Virus record (IMG/VR): IMGVR_UViG_3300030102_001765
Coordinates: 1-55,830 of that record
Origin: a virus
Lineage: Duplodnaviria; Caudoviricetes
Strand: one strand, 5' to 3'
DNA length: 55,830 nucleotides
Below, in pieces: positions 8,198 through 18,196 of the stretch; the first letter of the stretch is position 1; each line of letters begins with the position of its first letter. The position numbers were made by a program, and so were the translations under genes. Below the pieces are notes generated by a model that saw only the letters and a list, made by a program, of their open reading frames with translations, was not told the origin of the DNA and ran no database searches.

Positions 8198-10476
8198 TGG
8201 CACAAACTCAACCAACAGGCGAACAGATACGATTCCGTTCCTCTAAGACAGGGGAACACATTTTAGATACGTACATGGAGAATACCGAGAAGGGTACACG
8301 TACTCTTCCTGATATGATTGATGACCTCTTTGATGGTTCAGGCGTATTTCGTTCAACTAACTTTGAGTTTAGATTCGACCCAACCACAGACAAGATACAA
8401 GTTCGTATAGGTCAGTTTGCTAACGCATCTACTGGTTATGTAGACATTACAACATTCTTTAACGTCACAGGCACATTTAGCACATCAACAACATATCAAA
8501 ACTTTGACATAGTCACTGACAGCGTAAAGGACGTGTACATCGTACACGGACTAACTTCAGGACAAACTTTTTCTAGCGAATCAAATTTTACATCTAGCAG
8601 CAATACGACAAAGATAGTCGATGTTTCTGAAGCAAGAGCCTACGCCATAAAAGTAAACGGAGCCATAACAGGAACTGAGTATAGTGCAAAAGCCTGGGCT
8701 ATTGGAGGTACAGGTGTAACAGGCGTAGCCAACGGCGGTAACGCAAAGGACTGGGCAACAAAAGTAAATGGCACAGCAGACAACGCAGAGTTCTCCTCGA
8801 AGGCCTACGCTCTTGGCGGAACTGGTGTAGACACCACCACTGGTTCTGCCAAGGACTGGGCTATCAAAACAGGTAGTACAGTTGGCAACACAGGAGAGTA
8901 TTCAGCAAAGTTCTGGGCGACATCTACAAATGTAGTCACTGTTGCCAATGGAATTGCAAACATCAACACTGTTGCAACAGACATTGCGAACATCAACACC
9001 ACAGCTACAAATATAGCTGACATCAACACCGTTGCTGGAATCAATGCAAACGTAACAACAGTAGCTGGGATACAAGCCAATGTTACAACAGTTGCAACTA
9101 ACAATGCGAATGTAACCACAGTTGCTGGAATTTCGTCTGAAGTTACAAGCGTAGCTGGTATTTCGTCTGCGGTAACTGCTGTAAACTCAAACGCTACAAA
9201 CATTAATGCGGTCAACGCAAACTCAACTAACATTAATAGTGTCGCTGGCATAAATACTAACGTCACTACAGTCGCTACCAACATAGCAAACGTAAACAGC
9301 GTTGCTGGCATATTCTCAGGTACACAGACGTTTGCGGTTACAGTTGTAAACTCTGGTGGTAACAAGTTTGCAATAGACGGAACAACAAACCCTACACTTA
9401 CGCTAGTTAGAGGTTTCACATACACATTTGACCAAAGTGACAGCACTAATGCTAACCACCCGCTAGCATTTAAAAACGGGTCTACGTCTTACACGACAGG
9501 CGTAACAACAACGGGAACCCCAGGGCAAGCGGGCGCAAAAACAGTTTTTGTTGTGCCAAACAACGCTCCAGCTTCAGGTCTTCTTTACTATTGTACTGTC
9601 CACGGCAACGCTATGGGCAACACGATTGCAACACAAAACAACGACATTGCTACAGTCGCATCAATATCCTCAGACGTAACTGCTGTTTCAAACATCAACG
9701 CAAATGTCACAACTGTTGCTGGAATAGCATCAAATGTCACAACTGTAGCAAACAACAATGCAAACGTCACAACAGTGGCGGGTTCAATCGCTAATGTAAA
9801 TACAGCTGCGGGCTCAATCGCAAATGTCAACACAGTCGCTGGCTCAATAGCCAATGTAAATACAGTTGCAGCAAACGTCACAGACGTAAACTCATTTGCT
9901 AACACTTACTCTATTGGAGGTTCTCAACCAGGGAGCCCGACTACAGGCGACCTTTGGTACGACACGTCTGCAACGCAAATGAAGGTTTATAACGGAACTT
10001 CTTTTGTATTGTTTGTTCAAGGCTACGACACCGACAATCTGCCAGAAGGCAGCACAAATCAATACTTCACAAATGCAAGAGCAGACGCTCGAATCACAAA
10101 TGCTTTTAGCAACAATGTAACTCTTGGAGCTGAACTTCGAGGCCCAGCTACATTCGTTATCGACCCAGCAGCGGTGGGTGACAACACTGGCTTGGTTCAA
10201 ATCAAGGGAAGTTTGCAAGTAGATGGTACGACAACCACAGTAAATTCTGCTACTTTGGATGTGACTGATAAGAACATTACTGTCGCCAAGGGTTCTGCAA
10301 ATGCAGCAGCCTCTAACGGAGCTGGGATTACAGTCGAGATTGGAAGCGGTACAGACGCAACATTAACATACGCAAATACGGATGATACGTGGAACGTAAA
10401 CAAGAATTTAAAAATAAACGCAGCTTTAGCAGCGACACAAGACGACGCTGTTGCACTAAGCATTGCGCTTGGGTGA
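8197..10476 (+). CDS. Tail fibre protein with ~10-aa V/A/N/T repeats
   Basis: YSAKxWA repeats, NVTTVAGI repeats, GDLWYD and TDNLPEGSTNQYFT fibre motifs, C-terminal ALSIALG. Confidence 0.85.
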   Translation: MAQTQPTGEQIRFRSSKTGEHILDTYMENTEKGTRTLPDMIDDLFDGSGVFRSTNFEFRFDPTTDKIQVRIGQFANASTGYVDITTFFNVTGTFSTSTTYQNFDIVTDSVKDVYIVHGLTSGQTFSSESNFTSSSNTTKIVDVSEARAYAIKVNGAITGTEYSAKAWAIGGTGVTGVANGGNAKDWATKVNGTADNAEFSSKAYALGGTGVDTTTGSAKDWAIKTGSTVGNTGEYSAKFWATSTNVVTVANGIANINTVATDIANINTTATNIADINTVAGINANVTTVAGIQANVTTVATNNANVTTVAGISSEVTSVAGISSAVTAVNSNATNINAVNANSTNINSVAGINTNVTTVATNIANVNSVAGIFSGTQTFAVTVVNSGGNKFAIDGTTNPTLTLVRGFTYTFDQSDSTNANHPLAFKNGSTSYTTGVTTTGTPGQAGAKTVFVVPNNAPASGLLYYCTVHGNAMGNTIATQNNDIATVASISSDVTAVSNINANVTTVAGIASNVTTVANNNANVTTVAGSIANVNTAAGSIANVNTVAGSIANVNTVAANVTDVNSFANTYSIGGSQPGSPTTGDLWYDTSATQMKVYNGTSFVLFVQGYDTDNLPEGSTNQYFTNARADARITNAFSNNVTLGAELRGPATFVIDPAAVGDNTGLVQIKGSLQVDGTTTTVNSATLDVTDKNITVAKGSANAAASNGAGITVEIGSGTDATLTYANTDDTWNVNKNLKINAALAATQDDAVALSIALG

Positions 10477-10488
10477 TAGGAGAACTAG

Positions 10489-10842
10489 ATGGCAAATACA
10501 TTTAAAAAAGCGTCAACACAGAAAATAGATACAACTTTTGTCACGGTGTACGACGCCAACACAGCAAACCTAACAGCATCAGTTATTCTTGGTGTAGCGC
10601 TTTGCAACAGGACAACAGGAACAATTAAGGTTAGTTGTGTGCTTCGACACGGAGGCACAGACGGAAGCTCAGACGCAAATCACCGACTGCTACTAAACGA
10701 AGTACAGGTTTTATCAGGAGCTACACTCGAAGTTATGGGTGGTCAAAAATACATACTCGAAGCAAACGACGACCTACAGTTTAAGTCAGACACTGCTGAC
10801 AGCCTCGATGTTGTCATGGGCGTAATGGAGATTACTAGCTAA
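10489..10842 (+). CDS. Virion structural/tail-associated protein
   Basis: MANTFK...LEAND...MEIT pattern seen in marine podophage tail modules; RBS AGGAG. Confidence 0.7.
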   Translation: MANTFKKASTQKIDTTFVTVYDANTANLTASVILGVALCNRTTGTIKVSCVLRHGGTDGSSDANHRLLLNEVQVLSGATLEVMGGQKYILEANDDLQFKSDTADSLDVVMGVMEITS

Positions 10843-12002
10843 TGCCATACTTAGGACAGTCCCCCAAAGAAACGTTTAGCGCTGCTACTTCTCAAGTAAT
10901 CACGGGCAACGGAGGCACGTCTTACAGTTTAAACACTGCTGTTTCTTCTCCCGAAGATTTAGAAGTATTTATTAACAATGTTCAACAGCAACCAACAACG
11001 ACTTACACTGTAAGTGGCTCAACAATTACTTTTGATGAAGCGTTAAACTCAACAGACACATGCTACGTTATTTTTCGTGGGTCAACAAAAGAGTCACGAG
11101 TACACCCAGCTGGGTCAAGCCTTACAGCAGCAAACATTACTGCGAGTGGAAACGCAACAGTTAGTGGAAACGCAACAGTTACTGGAACCTCTACCTTAAC
11201 AGGTGATGTTGCGGTTGCAACGGACGCACTAAAGGTTGACGGAGCTAACAACAGAGTTGGCATCGGAACAACAAGTCCTGACGTAAACTTAGTTGTTTAT
11301 GATTCTGCTGCAAGACTGAAAATGATAAATGCAAGCAGCCACCAAGTAAACTTTGGTTTGTGGGACGGCACAAATTATAGGATGGAAGGTGATTCTAACA
11401 GACCACTATATTTTACATCCTACAACGCTTCGGGCATAAAAATGGGCAAAAATGGTGGTGTAAGTTTTAAAATAGACGGAGGTACTGGAAAAACAATTAT
11501 AGTGCCAAATGACACTTATTCCCCAGGCACATTAGGTCAACTTAACGTTATCATAGACCCAGACAGCGCTGGTGTTTTACTTAGGTCTTCACAACACAGT
11601 GCTACAGGTTTTAATGCTACTAATATTCTGCATTGCTATAATTCTATAGCTTCTTCAAATGTTTACTACGATGTATGTTATGTAGGTCACTCTCCAAATG
11701 TATTAGTATGGGGAAGCACTTTAGAAAGTGATAATGGCAGTTTAGGTGGCGCAAGATATATGAGCAGAATGTACGGCACATACGGCAGTGTGGTGAACAC
11801 TACTTTTGCTGGTGGCTCAAGGGTAACTGCTATGAATGGAGGAGCGATTAATAATTTTGAGTATCGATACTTAAATAGCGGTGGTTCATCAGGCTCTTAT
11901 AGGTTGCAAGTAAGAGTTGGGTGGACTGGTTCTATTACAAATATGAAGGTAATGACAACTGTTATGGGTAACGGAACCGACACAATGTATGAGGATAATT
12001 AA
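10842..12002 (+). CDS. Tail fibre/receptor-binding protein
   Basis: MPYLG N-terminus, VFINNVQQQP..YTVSG domain, NNRVGIGTTSP fibre motif. Confidence 0.8.
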   Translation: MPYLGQSPKETFSAATSQVITGNGGTSYSLNTAVSSPEDLEVFINNVQQQPTTTYTVSGSTITFDEALNSTDTCYVIFRGSTKESRVHPAGSSLTAANITASGNATVSGNATVTGTSTLTGDVAVATDALKVDGANNRVGIGTTSPDVNLVVYDSAARLKMINASSHQVNFGLWDGTNYRMEGDSNRPLYFTSYNASGIKMGKNGGVSFKIDGGTGKTIIVPNDTYSPGTLGQLNVIIDPDSAGVLLRSSQHSATGFNATNILHCYNSIASSNVYYDVCYVGHSPNVLVWGSTLESDNGSLGGARYMSRMYGTYGSVVNTTFAGGSRVTAMNGGAINNFEYRYLNSGGSSGSYRLQVRVGWTGSITNMKVMTTVMGNGTDTMYEDN

Positions 12003-12256
12003 TGGCTGAAACAACAACTATAGACACACATACATTAGATTTGATTCCAGAAGAGCATAGAGCTAATGCAACTTCTTATGAAGCTCCTGATGGATTGTGG
12101 ACTGAAAAAGATAAAAAAACTGGCATGCTTCCAAAAGGCAAAAAAGTAGGCGATGTACGAGAAAAAGGTCACACAAGATACACTGTTACCTTTGTTGAAA
12201 AAGACCCAGAAATGGTTGCTTTAGAAAAAAGAATTGCAGCATTGGAGGGCAAGTAA
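12002..12256 (+). CDS. Hypothetical protein (possible fibre chaperone)
   Basis: Coupled ORF; C-terminal LEKRIAALE coiled coil. Confidence 0.6.
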   Translation: MAETTTIDTHTLDLIPEEHRANATSYEAPDGLWTEKDKKTGMLPKGKKVGDVREKGHTRYTVTFVEKDPEMVALEKRIAALEGK

Positions 12257-13095
12257 TGGCAAGAAGTAAAATTACAGAGGCTTCTTTATCAACGCCAAGC
12301 CAGTTTTTTGCTGTTGGAGGCACTCTGACTCAGTACCGCAGTGGTGGGGTTACATACAGAGTTCACTCATTTACAGATACTGGTAACCACAAAATTGTAT
12401 TCAACGCCACAGGTGCTGTTGATTTTCTTATTGTTGGGGGCGGAGGTGGCTCCGCAGCTGCTGAAGGGTACACGGGCTCTACAGGTGGCGGTGGTGCTGG
12501 AGGTATGGTCGAAGGCACATCTCAAACAATAGCTCGTGGAGAATACACAATCGTTGTGGGTACTGGAGGTGCAAAATCTACAGACATAAACGCTCCAGCT
12601 AGTAATGGTGGCGACAGTTCCTTTAACAGTTTTATAGGCAAAGGCGGAGCTGGAGGAGGAGATTATGAAGGTGGTCAAAGAAATGGTGGCTCTGGTGCTG
12701 GTGGCTCAGAAGACAATGAACTAGGCGGTACATCAACACAAGACACATATTCTGGAACAAGTGGTGTAACTGGATTTGGAAACGCTGGTGGTTCTGGCGG
12801 GCCTTACGGGGGCGGTGGTTCTGGCGGTTCTGGAGGTGGAGGCGGAGCTGGCGGAGCTGGCACGAACGCAAATAATGCAACTGCAAACGGAGGTGTTGGG
12901 CGTGCAAACAGTTTAAGGACAGGGTCAAATGTAACGTACGCACGAGGCGGTAACGGATACGCATACAATGAAAGCTCCGTAGACGAAGCAGCAAATACTG
13001 GTAACGGCGCACACGGAGTTTCAAGCACAGGGGGCAATAACACTAATAGTGGTAATGGGGGCTCTGGGATTGTGGTAATAAGATATGCTTTATAG
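12256..13095 (+). CDS. Glycine-rich tail-associated protein
   Basis: YRVHSFT, IVGGGGGS, GGGGAGG and GGSGIVVIRY motifs. Confidence 0.8.
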   Translation: MARSKITEASLSTPSQFFAVGGTLTQYRSGGVTYRVHSFTDTGNHKIVFNATGAVDFLIVGGGGGSAAAEGYTGSTGGGGAGGMVEGTSQTIARGEYTIVVGTGGAKSTDINAPASNGGDSSFNSFIGKGGAGGGDYEGGQRNGGSGAGGSEDNELGGTSTQDTYSGTSGVTGFGNAGGSGGPYGGGGSGGSGGGGGAGGAGTNANNATANGGVGRANSLRTGSNVTYARGGNGYAYNESSVDEAANTGNGAHGVSSTGGNNTNSGNGGSGIVVIRYAL

Positions 13096-13104
13096 GAGTT
13101 TAAC

Positions 13105-13572
13105 ATGCCATACATAGGACGTGAGCCACTTAGCTCAGATTTCAAAAAACTAGATAACATCTCCCCAAATGGTGGAGCATCTTACAGTCTTTTATTCAAT
13201 GGTGCAGCATACGACCCAGGAAGCAGCACTCGTCTTATTGTTTCGGTAAACGGTGTAACGCAAGCCCCAGACGTAGCGTACACAGTGTCAGGCTCAACAA
13301 TCACATTCACAGCAAACCTTGTAAATGGCACAGACGTAGTTGATTACATTGTAGGAATGGGCGACGTCTTCAATGCTGGTACAGTTTCAGACGGCGCAAT
13401 AACCCCAGCAAAGCTTGCCTCGACTCTCGTCTTGGACGACACACCCATACGAACTAATATAAACTCTTTAAATAACTCGGTAACAGTTGCAGCGAATCAG
13501 AACGCTTTTGTTGCTGGGCCAATAACAATTACGCAACCATTAACAATTAATGGGACATTTACGGTGGTATAG
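13105..13572 (+). CDS. Tail-associated structural protein (N-terminus paralogous to the 10842 gene)
   Basis: MPYIGREP, VSVNGVTQAP..YTVSGSTITF, AGPITI. Confidence 0.75.
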   Translation: MPYIGREPLSSDFKKLDNISPNGGASYSLLFNGAAYDPGSSTRLIVSVNGVTQAPDVAYTVSGSTITFTANLVNGTDVVDYIVGMGDVFNAGTVSDGAITPAKLASTLVLDDTPIRTNINSLNNSVTVAANQNAFVAGPITITQPLTINGTFTVV

Positions 13573-14139
13573 ATGGCATCAGAGCTAACAGTACAGACAA
13601 TCAAAGGCCCAACATCGGGTGGCAATGCCAACAAGATTTTAGTTGGCAGTGGGCAAGACCTTATAGCCCCTGGTCACGTGGTGCAAGTGGTAAGGCGTGA
13701 CCCAACTGCTGCTGCTATTACGAGATACTCAAGTGGAAGTACGTCTTACGTAAACACAGGTTTAGCTATAAACATAACTCCAAAGCTTTCTAATAGCATA
13801 ATAATTGTAAGCGGTTGTGCAAGCACTGGGGTTGGGGCGAATACTTATCTTTATGTAACTTTAAAAAGAGTAATAAGTGGGGGGTCAACAACCGATTTAG
13901 GTTTTACTGCCAGCGGTAATAACTACGGTATTGCGCAACATGGTGTAACTGGTGGCGCTCAGTTGTGGCACAATTTTCCTTTTGAGTATGCAGACGCCCC
14001 CAACACAACAAATCAAGTAACGTATCAGATTTGGGCAAAAAATCACTCTGGTAGTGCAACTCATTATTTTGGTTGGACAGGTGGTACAGATACAACACAC
14101 AATGGAATGTTTATGACAGCTATGGAGATTGCACAATGA
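13573..14139 (+). CDS. Tail fibre-associated beta-sandwich protein
   Basis: GHVVQV, INITP, DAPNTT and C-terminal MEIAQ; paralogue of the 14136 and 15144 genes. Confidence 0.75.
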   Translation: MASELTVQTIKGPTSGGNANKILVGSGQDLIAPGHVVQVVRRDPTAAAITRYSSGSTSYVNTGLAINITPKLSNSIIIVSGCASTGVGANTYLYVTLKRVISGGSTTDLGFTASGNNYGIAQHGVTGGAQLWHNFPFEYADAPNTTNQVTYQIWAKNHSGSATHYFGWTGGTDTTHNGMFMTAMEIAQ

Positions 14140-14605
14140 GTACGTTATTCGTAGACAATCTCAAGCCGAACTTAAACACGGGAGTTCATGTCCCTGGGCA
14201 TATCATTCAAGTAAAAAAATCACTTGCAACATCTTCAGTTCAAGCAACATCCAGTACCTTTGTAGACTCTGGTCATAGTCTTGTTATCACTCCTCATCTT
14301 GCTACAAGTGAGATTCTTCTTCAAATGTTTGCTGGTGGAACACAGTATAATGCTGGTAGCCCGAATGATGTGCAAATAAGAATTAAAAGAAATGGAACAG
14401 TTATTCATACAAATGACCGACATATTTACTCAGAAGATGGTACTTGGAACGGAATAAACTATGCAACGGCTTACTTTGATTCCCCGTCATCAACAAGTAC
14501 ATTAACTTATACATTTGAATTTAATGGAAATCGTGCAAGGTTTAATGATAATAGCGCATCTGTTAATAAATCTTACTTTATAGCTATGGAGATTGCACAA
14601 TGAGT
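14118..14605 (+). repeat. 24-bp direct repeat AGCTATGGAGATTGCACAATGAGT at 14118-14141 and 14582-14605
   Basis: Identical copies spanning consecutive gene junctions. Confidence 0.9.
14136..14603 (+). CDS. Tail fibre-associated beta-sandwich protein
   Basis: ATGA-coupled start MSTLFVD; GHIIQV, ITP, DSPSST, MEIAQ. Confidence 0.75.
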   Translation: MSTLFVDNLKPNLNTGVHVPGHIIQVKKSLATSSVQATSSTFVDSGHSLVITPHLATSEILLQMFAGGTQYNAGSPNDVQIRIKRNGTVIHTNDRHIYSEDGTWNGINYATAYFDSPSSTSTLTYTFEFNGNRARFNDNSASVNKSYFIAMEIAQ

Positions 14606-15139
14606 TCAGTAATTAAAGTTGACGCAATCCAAAACCAGTCAGGCACAAGTTCTTTATCTTTAAACTCAAACGGAATTGTAACAAGGTCAAAAGTGCCAGC
14701 ATGGTACTTCACCACTGGTAACGCACATGGTGCTCACGGTGGTGGAACTGCACATAACCCTTTAAACTGGGGATTCAGAAGAACTGACACTGATGGCGCT
14801 GGCGGAACAATGATTAAAACAGGAACAATTACGCATATTTTAATACCAGTTACTGGTCTTTATTGGGTTTCTTATGGTGGTATCAAAGGTAGCAGCAGTT
14901 CAAATGTTGGTCGTATGCAAATGAATAGAAGCACTGGCACTGGAGATAGTTCGTTTCCACAGTGCAGAGGCGAAGAAAATTCTCCATACGCAGAAATGTG
15001 TGTTGCATTTGTATGCAATGCCGTTGCTGGAGACGAATGGTATATGCAAACCTTTAGTGATGGTATGTGGATGGGAGGCTCTGCTTCAACTCCAAACGGA
15101 CATAATGACCCTTATTGGACTGGGTACTTAATAGGATAA
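14600..15139 (+). CDS. C1q/TNF-like tail-associated protein
   Basis: MSSVIKVDAIQ start; PAW..IPVTGLYWV..WTGYLIG pattern of C1q-like phage domains. Confidence 0.65.
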   Translation: MSSVIKVDAIQNQSGTSSLSLNSNGIVTRSKVPAWYFTTGNAHGAHGGGTAHNPLNWGFRRTDTDGAGGTMIKTGTITHILIPVTGLYWVSYGGIKGSSSSNVGRMQMNRSTGTGDSSFPQCRGEENSPYAEMCVAFVCNAVAGDEWYMQTFSDGMWMGGSASTPNGHNDPYWTGYLIG

Positions 15140-15143
15140 AGAT

Positions 15144-15674
15144 ATGGCATTAACAAAACTAAATAACGCAGCAGTATCTTCAGTAACAAATGCTGGCTTG
15201 CCAGTTTTAGCTAGAACAAACATGCCTACAGGCACTGTAATTCAAGTACAAAGCTATGGGGCATATCCAGGTTACGGCGAGGCTGCAAGCTCTAGTGGTT
15301 ATGTCGATTCTGGAATAAACATTTCAATAACCCCTACCGCTACTTCCAGTAAGATTTTACTGCAATGTCAATGGTCTTGGTGGTTTACTTCAGATGCAAA
15401 CAATTACATGATGGCTACACTTTATCGAACTATTGGTGGCTCTAATTTAACAAATTTAGCGCCAGATAATACTTATGACACCATGCACTTTTATGGCCCA
15501 TCTAGGCATGGGGCGTACAATGACGCAGCTTATCTTCATCATATTGATTCGCCTAACACGACATCGGCATGTGTATATAAACTTTACGTAAGAGCTTATG
15601 ATGCTTCAAATAATATAAGATTTAAATGGACGGAAGCAGAAACAACAATGCACGCTTTAGAAATTGCGGGATAA
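15144..15674 (+). CDS. Tail fibre-associated beta-sandwich protein
   Basis: MALTKL, GTVIQV, SITPTATSSKIL, DSPNTT, LEIAG. Confidence 0.75.
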   Translation: MALTKLNNAAVSSVTNAGLPVLARTNMPTGTVIQVQSYGAYPGYGEAASSSGYVDSGINISITPTATSSKILLQCQWSWWFTSDANNYMMATLYRTIGGSNLTNLAPDNTYDTMHFYGPSRHGAYNDAAYLHHIDSPNTTSACVYKLYVRAYDASNNIRFKWTEAETTMHALEIAG

Positions 15675-15687
15675 ACAAGGAGGGAAT

Positions 15688-16071
15688 ATGACTGACATAT
15701 CACAAGCATTAACGTCTCTCGAAATAAAAGAATGGGTATTGCGTGGCGAGCCCAAATCTAAATCTGAGTTCGAGAAGATGTTTACAAAAATAACTGGCAC
15801 AGACGAAAACGGAAGCGCCATAGAAAGCAGTGACCCAAAAGACTTTGGTGTTACTTGGGACGAGGTAAAGGCAGAAAAGGACAAGCTGGTATCAGCAGAG
15901 CCCATGAAGCTTTTACGTGCAGAACGAAACATGAAGCTTGCAGAAACAGACTGGTGGGCAAGCTCTGACCTTACAATGACAGATGCACAAAAGAAGTATC
16001 GTCAAGATTTGCGTGACATTACAAAAACATACGATAGTCTGGAGAAAGTAAAATGGCCTACGAAGCCATAA
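15688..16071 (+). CDS. Tail fibre assembly chaperone-like protein
   Basis: LRAERNMKLAETDW...YRQDLRDIT...WPTKP; RBS AGGAGG before ATG 15688. Confidence 0.8.
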   Translation: MTDISQALTSLEIKEWVLRGEPKSKSEFEKMFTKITGTDENGSAIESSDPKDFGVTWDEVKAEKDKLVSAEPMKLLRAERNMKLAETDWWASSDLTMTDAQKKYRQDLRDITKTYDSLEKVKWPTKP

Positions 16072-16080
16072 GGGTGCAGC

Positions 16081-16320
16081 ATGGAGTTAATGGTATGGAA
16101 TGGAGTTCTAACGTTAATACTTGGTTTAGTCGGGTATTTTTTACGTGAGAGGTCTAATGAAATCAGTCGTTTATCAATTCTTCTTAACAAGACACGAGAA
16201 GAAATTGCAAAAGAATATGTGACGAAAAAAGAAATGGAATCTGATATAAATAGAGTTATAGATAGATTAGATGCACTAGATTCTAAAATTGATAGGTTAA
16301 TTGAAAAGAGAGGGCGATAA
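16081..16320 (+). CDS. Small membrane-anchored coiled-coil protein
   Basis: N-terminal TM helix, EYVTK, LDSKID. Confidence 0.7.
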   Translation: MELMVWNGVLTLILGLVGYFLRERSNEISRLSILLNKTREEIAKEYVTKKEMESDINRVIDRLDALDSKIDRLIEKRGR

Positions 16321-16463
16321 TGGGAAGCAAAGAAGGAAAGATTGAATCGTACAATCCTAAAGACGCTGCTATCAACAGGACTGTGAACAAAAAGGGTCAC
16401 GGGTCTGTAATGGCTGGCAAGGCAGTTGTACGAAAGAGTAAGAAGATTAAAAGAACTAAATGA
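16320..16463 (+). CDS. Small basic protein (47 aa, not in ORF track)
   Basis: MGSKEGKIESYNPKDAAINRTVNKKGHGSVMAGKAVVRKSKKIKRTK; TAATG and ATGA coupling at both ends. Confidence 0.7.
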   Translation: MGSKEGKIESYNPKDAAINRTVNKKGHGSVMAGKAVVRKSKKIKRTK

Positions 16464-16741
16464 CCCCACAAGCAAAGCTCAAAGCGATAAAAGAGCTTAC
16501 AGGTTCAAAGGGTTGGGCAGTTCTTTTAGATGTAATGAATGACGAGATTCTGGCGTCTGCCATGTCTATTGCTGAGTCAGCAAACATGGATTTGACAGAA
16601 ATAAACTTCAGACGTGGCTCTATATGGGCTGCTAAGAGGATGCTCGAATTACCTGTACGTCTGCAATCAAAGCTGGAGTCGGAGATTGCACTGTCTGATA
16701 TGGACGACAGAAAAAAGAATACAGGCAATAATGAGCAATAA
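16460..16741 (+). CDS. Hypothetical head-module protein
   Basis: Coupled start; sits before the scaffold gene. Confidence 0.7.
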   Translation: MTPQAKLKAIKELTGSKGWAVLLDVMNDEILASAMSIAESANMDLTEINFRRGSIWAAKRMLELPVRLQSKLESEIALSDMDDRKKNTGNNEQ

Positions 16742-16785
16742 TTTAAACAAACCCCCCGCTTCGGCTGGGAGAACGGAGAAATAAA

Positions 16786-17841
16786 ATGGCGACACCGCAA
16801 AACCCCCAAGACGCTATGGCTGCTGTAGACAGACTGGCCTCAAACCAAATGGGCGTTACCCCTACTCAGACGCAAACACCAGCCCCTGAGAAGAAAAAAG
16901 AGGACAGCAACGAAGGCAAAGCAGCTGAGAAAGGCAGTCCCGAAACTGAAGGTGACAAGATGACCGCTGAAGCAATCATCTATGAGATTGAGTTTGGCGA
17001 TGGAAGTGACCCGAAGACAAAGCGAAAGCTTACACCTCAACAAATCAAATCAACGTTTGAGAGGTACAGCGCTCTTAACTTTAAGAACGCAAAGTATAAG
17101 CCCGTTATGGATGTTATTGAGCAGTACATGCGCAAAAACCCTGGGGCTAATTCAAAAGAAGTTGCTCAGATTCTTAGCAACCTAGCTAAAAGCGAAGAAT
17201 CAAATCCCACAATGGGCAACACACAGGGCGATAAGCCAGGTGTTTATGAGAAAGATGCAGCAGTCAAGTCTGGAGACATGGAGGCAAGTCTTAAGAAGTG
17301 GGAAGAAGAAAACGCAGCTTCACTGCCACCTGGGTACAAAGAGATGATGATGTCTGGAGCCCAAGGCAATCAAGGCATGCAAGCTATGCAACAACAAATC
17401 AACCAGCTATCACAGTTGCTACGTGGTGTATTGGCTAACTCACAAGGTGTTGCAAACGCAGCACGAGACCAAGTTGCCAACTCACAAGCACAAAGCGTAC
17501 AGGCTGTACAGCAACAGATTGCTAATAATATCGACAAAGTACAACAGGCACTGGGTCTACCTGACACTGCTGCTAATGACTTTATGATATTTGCAGCAGA
17601 ACGTGGCTTTACTATGGAAGATTTTGTTGACCCTCAAATGACTATTAAGGTCATGCAAGATTTCAAAAACAGCATGAACAGTCCAGAGATGGAGAGAATG
17701 AAGGCTATCGCTGAAAGGCGACAGGCATTTACGGGCTCGCTAGGTCAAACACCAGCAGCGACTCCGACAAATGCACCAGCCGAAGCTGGCTCTACTTTGG
17801 ATAACTTGATTAACAAGACCATGTCCAAACGGGTAGGCTAA
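16786..17841 (+). CDS. Capsid scaffolding protein (putative)
   Basis: Acidic, Gln-rich, helical, directly upstream of the capsid gene. Confidence 0.7.
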   Translation: MATPQNPQDAMAAVDRLASNQMGVTPTQTQTPAPEKKKEDSNEGKAAEKGSPETEGDKMTAEAIIYEIEFGDGSDPKTKRKLTPQQIKSTFERYSALNFKNAKYKPVMDVIEQYMRKNPGANSKEVAQILSNLAKSEESNPTMGNTQGDKPGVYEKDAAVKSGDMEASLKKWEEENAASLPPGYKEMMMSGAQGNQGMQAMQQQINQLSQLLRGVLANSQGVANAARDQVANSQAQSVQAVQQQIANNIDKVQQALGLPDTAANDFMIFAAERGFTMEDFVDPQMTIKVMQDFKNSMNSPEMERMKAIAERRQAFTGSLGQTPAATPTNAPAEAGSTLDNLINKTMSKRVG

Positions 17842-17844
17842 TAT

Positions 17845-18045
17845 TTGTACAAAGCATTTGTGACAATATGTCACTTAATGAACCCTGAGTATTGTATCGT
17901 ACTGGAAGACCAATACGGCCCGTACAAGACAGAGGAAATGTGCAAAAGACGTGCATACGAAATATCAAGGAAAGTTCACAAAGGCTATCCTATGTACAAG
18001 TCCAAAAGGTTCAGATGCCCTAAAATTGGAGATTATGATTTATAG
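17845..18045 (+). CDS. Small Cys-rich hypothetical protein
   Basis: TTG start, 4 Cys, fills the gap. Confidence 0.55.
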   Translation: MYKAFVTICHLMNPEYCIVLEDQYGPYKTEEMCKRRAYEISRKVHKGYPMYKSKRFRCPKIGDYDL

Positions 18046-18196
18046 GGATGACAAGTACATGGTTTATAACATATCATACTAATAACACACAAAGTTGCGC
18101 TACGGCTCAATGTGTTAAAGAGTTTATGCGATGGTTAATTTCCGTAACGACTCGACTGTAAAAAAAACCGTAACTAATGCTATAAGGAGGTAAATT

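Noticed and set aside
8930-9900. ~30-nt periodic repeats as a CRISPR array or DGR
   Set aside because: In-frame degenerate coding repeats of the tail fibre; no spacers and no reverse transcriptase
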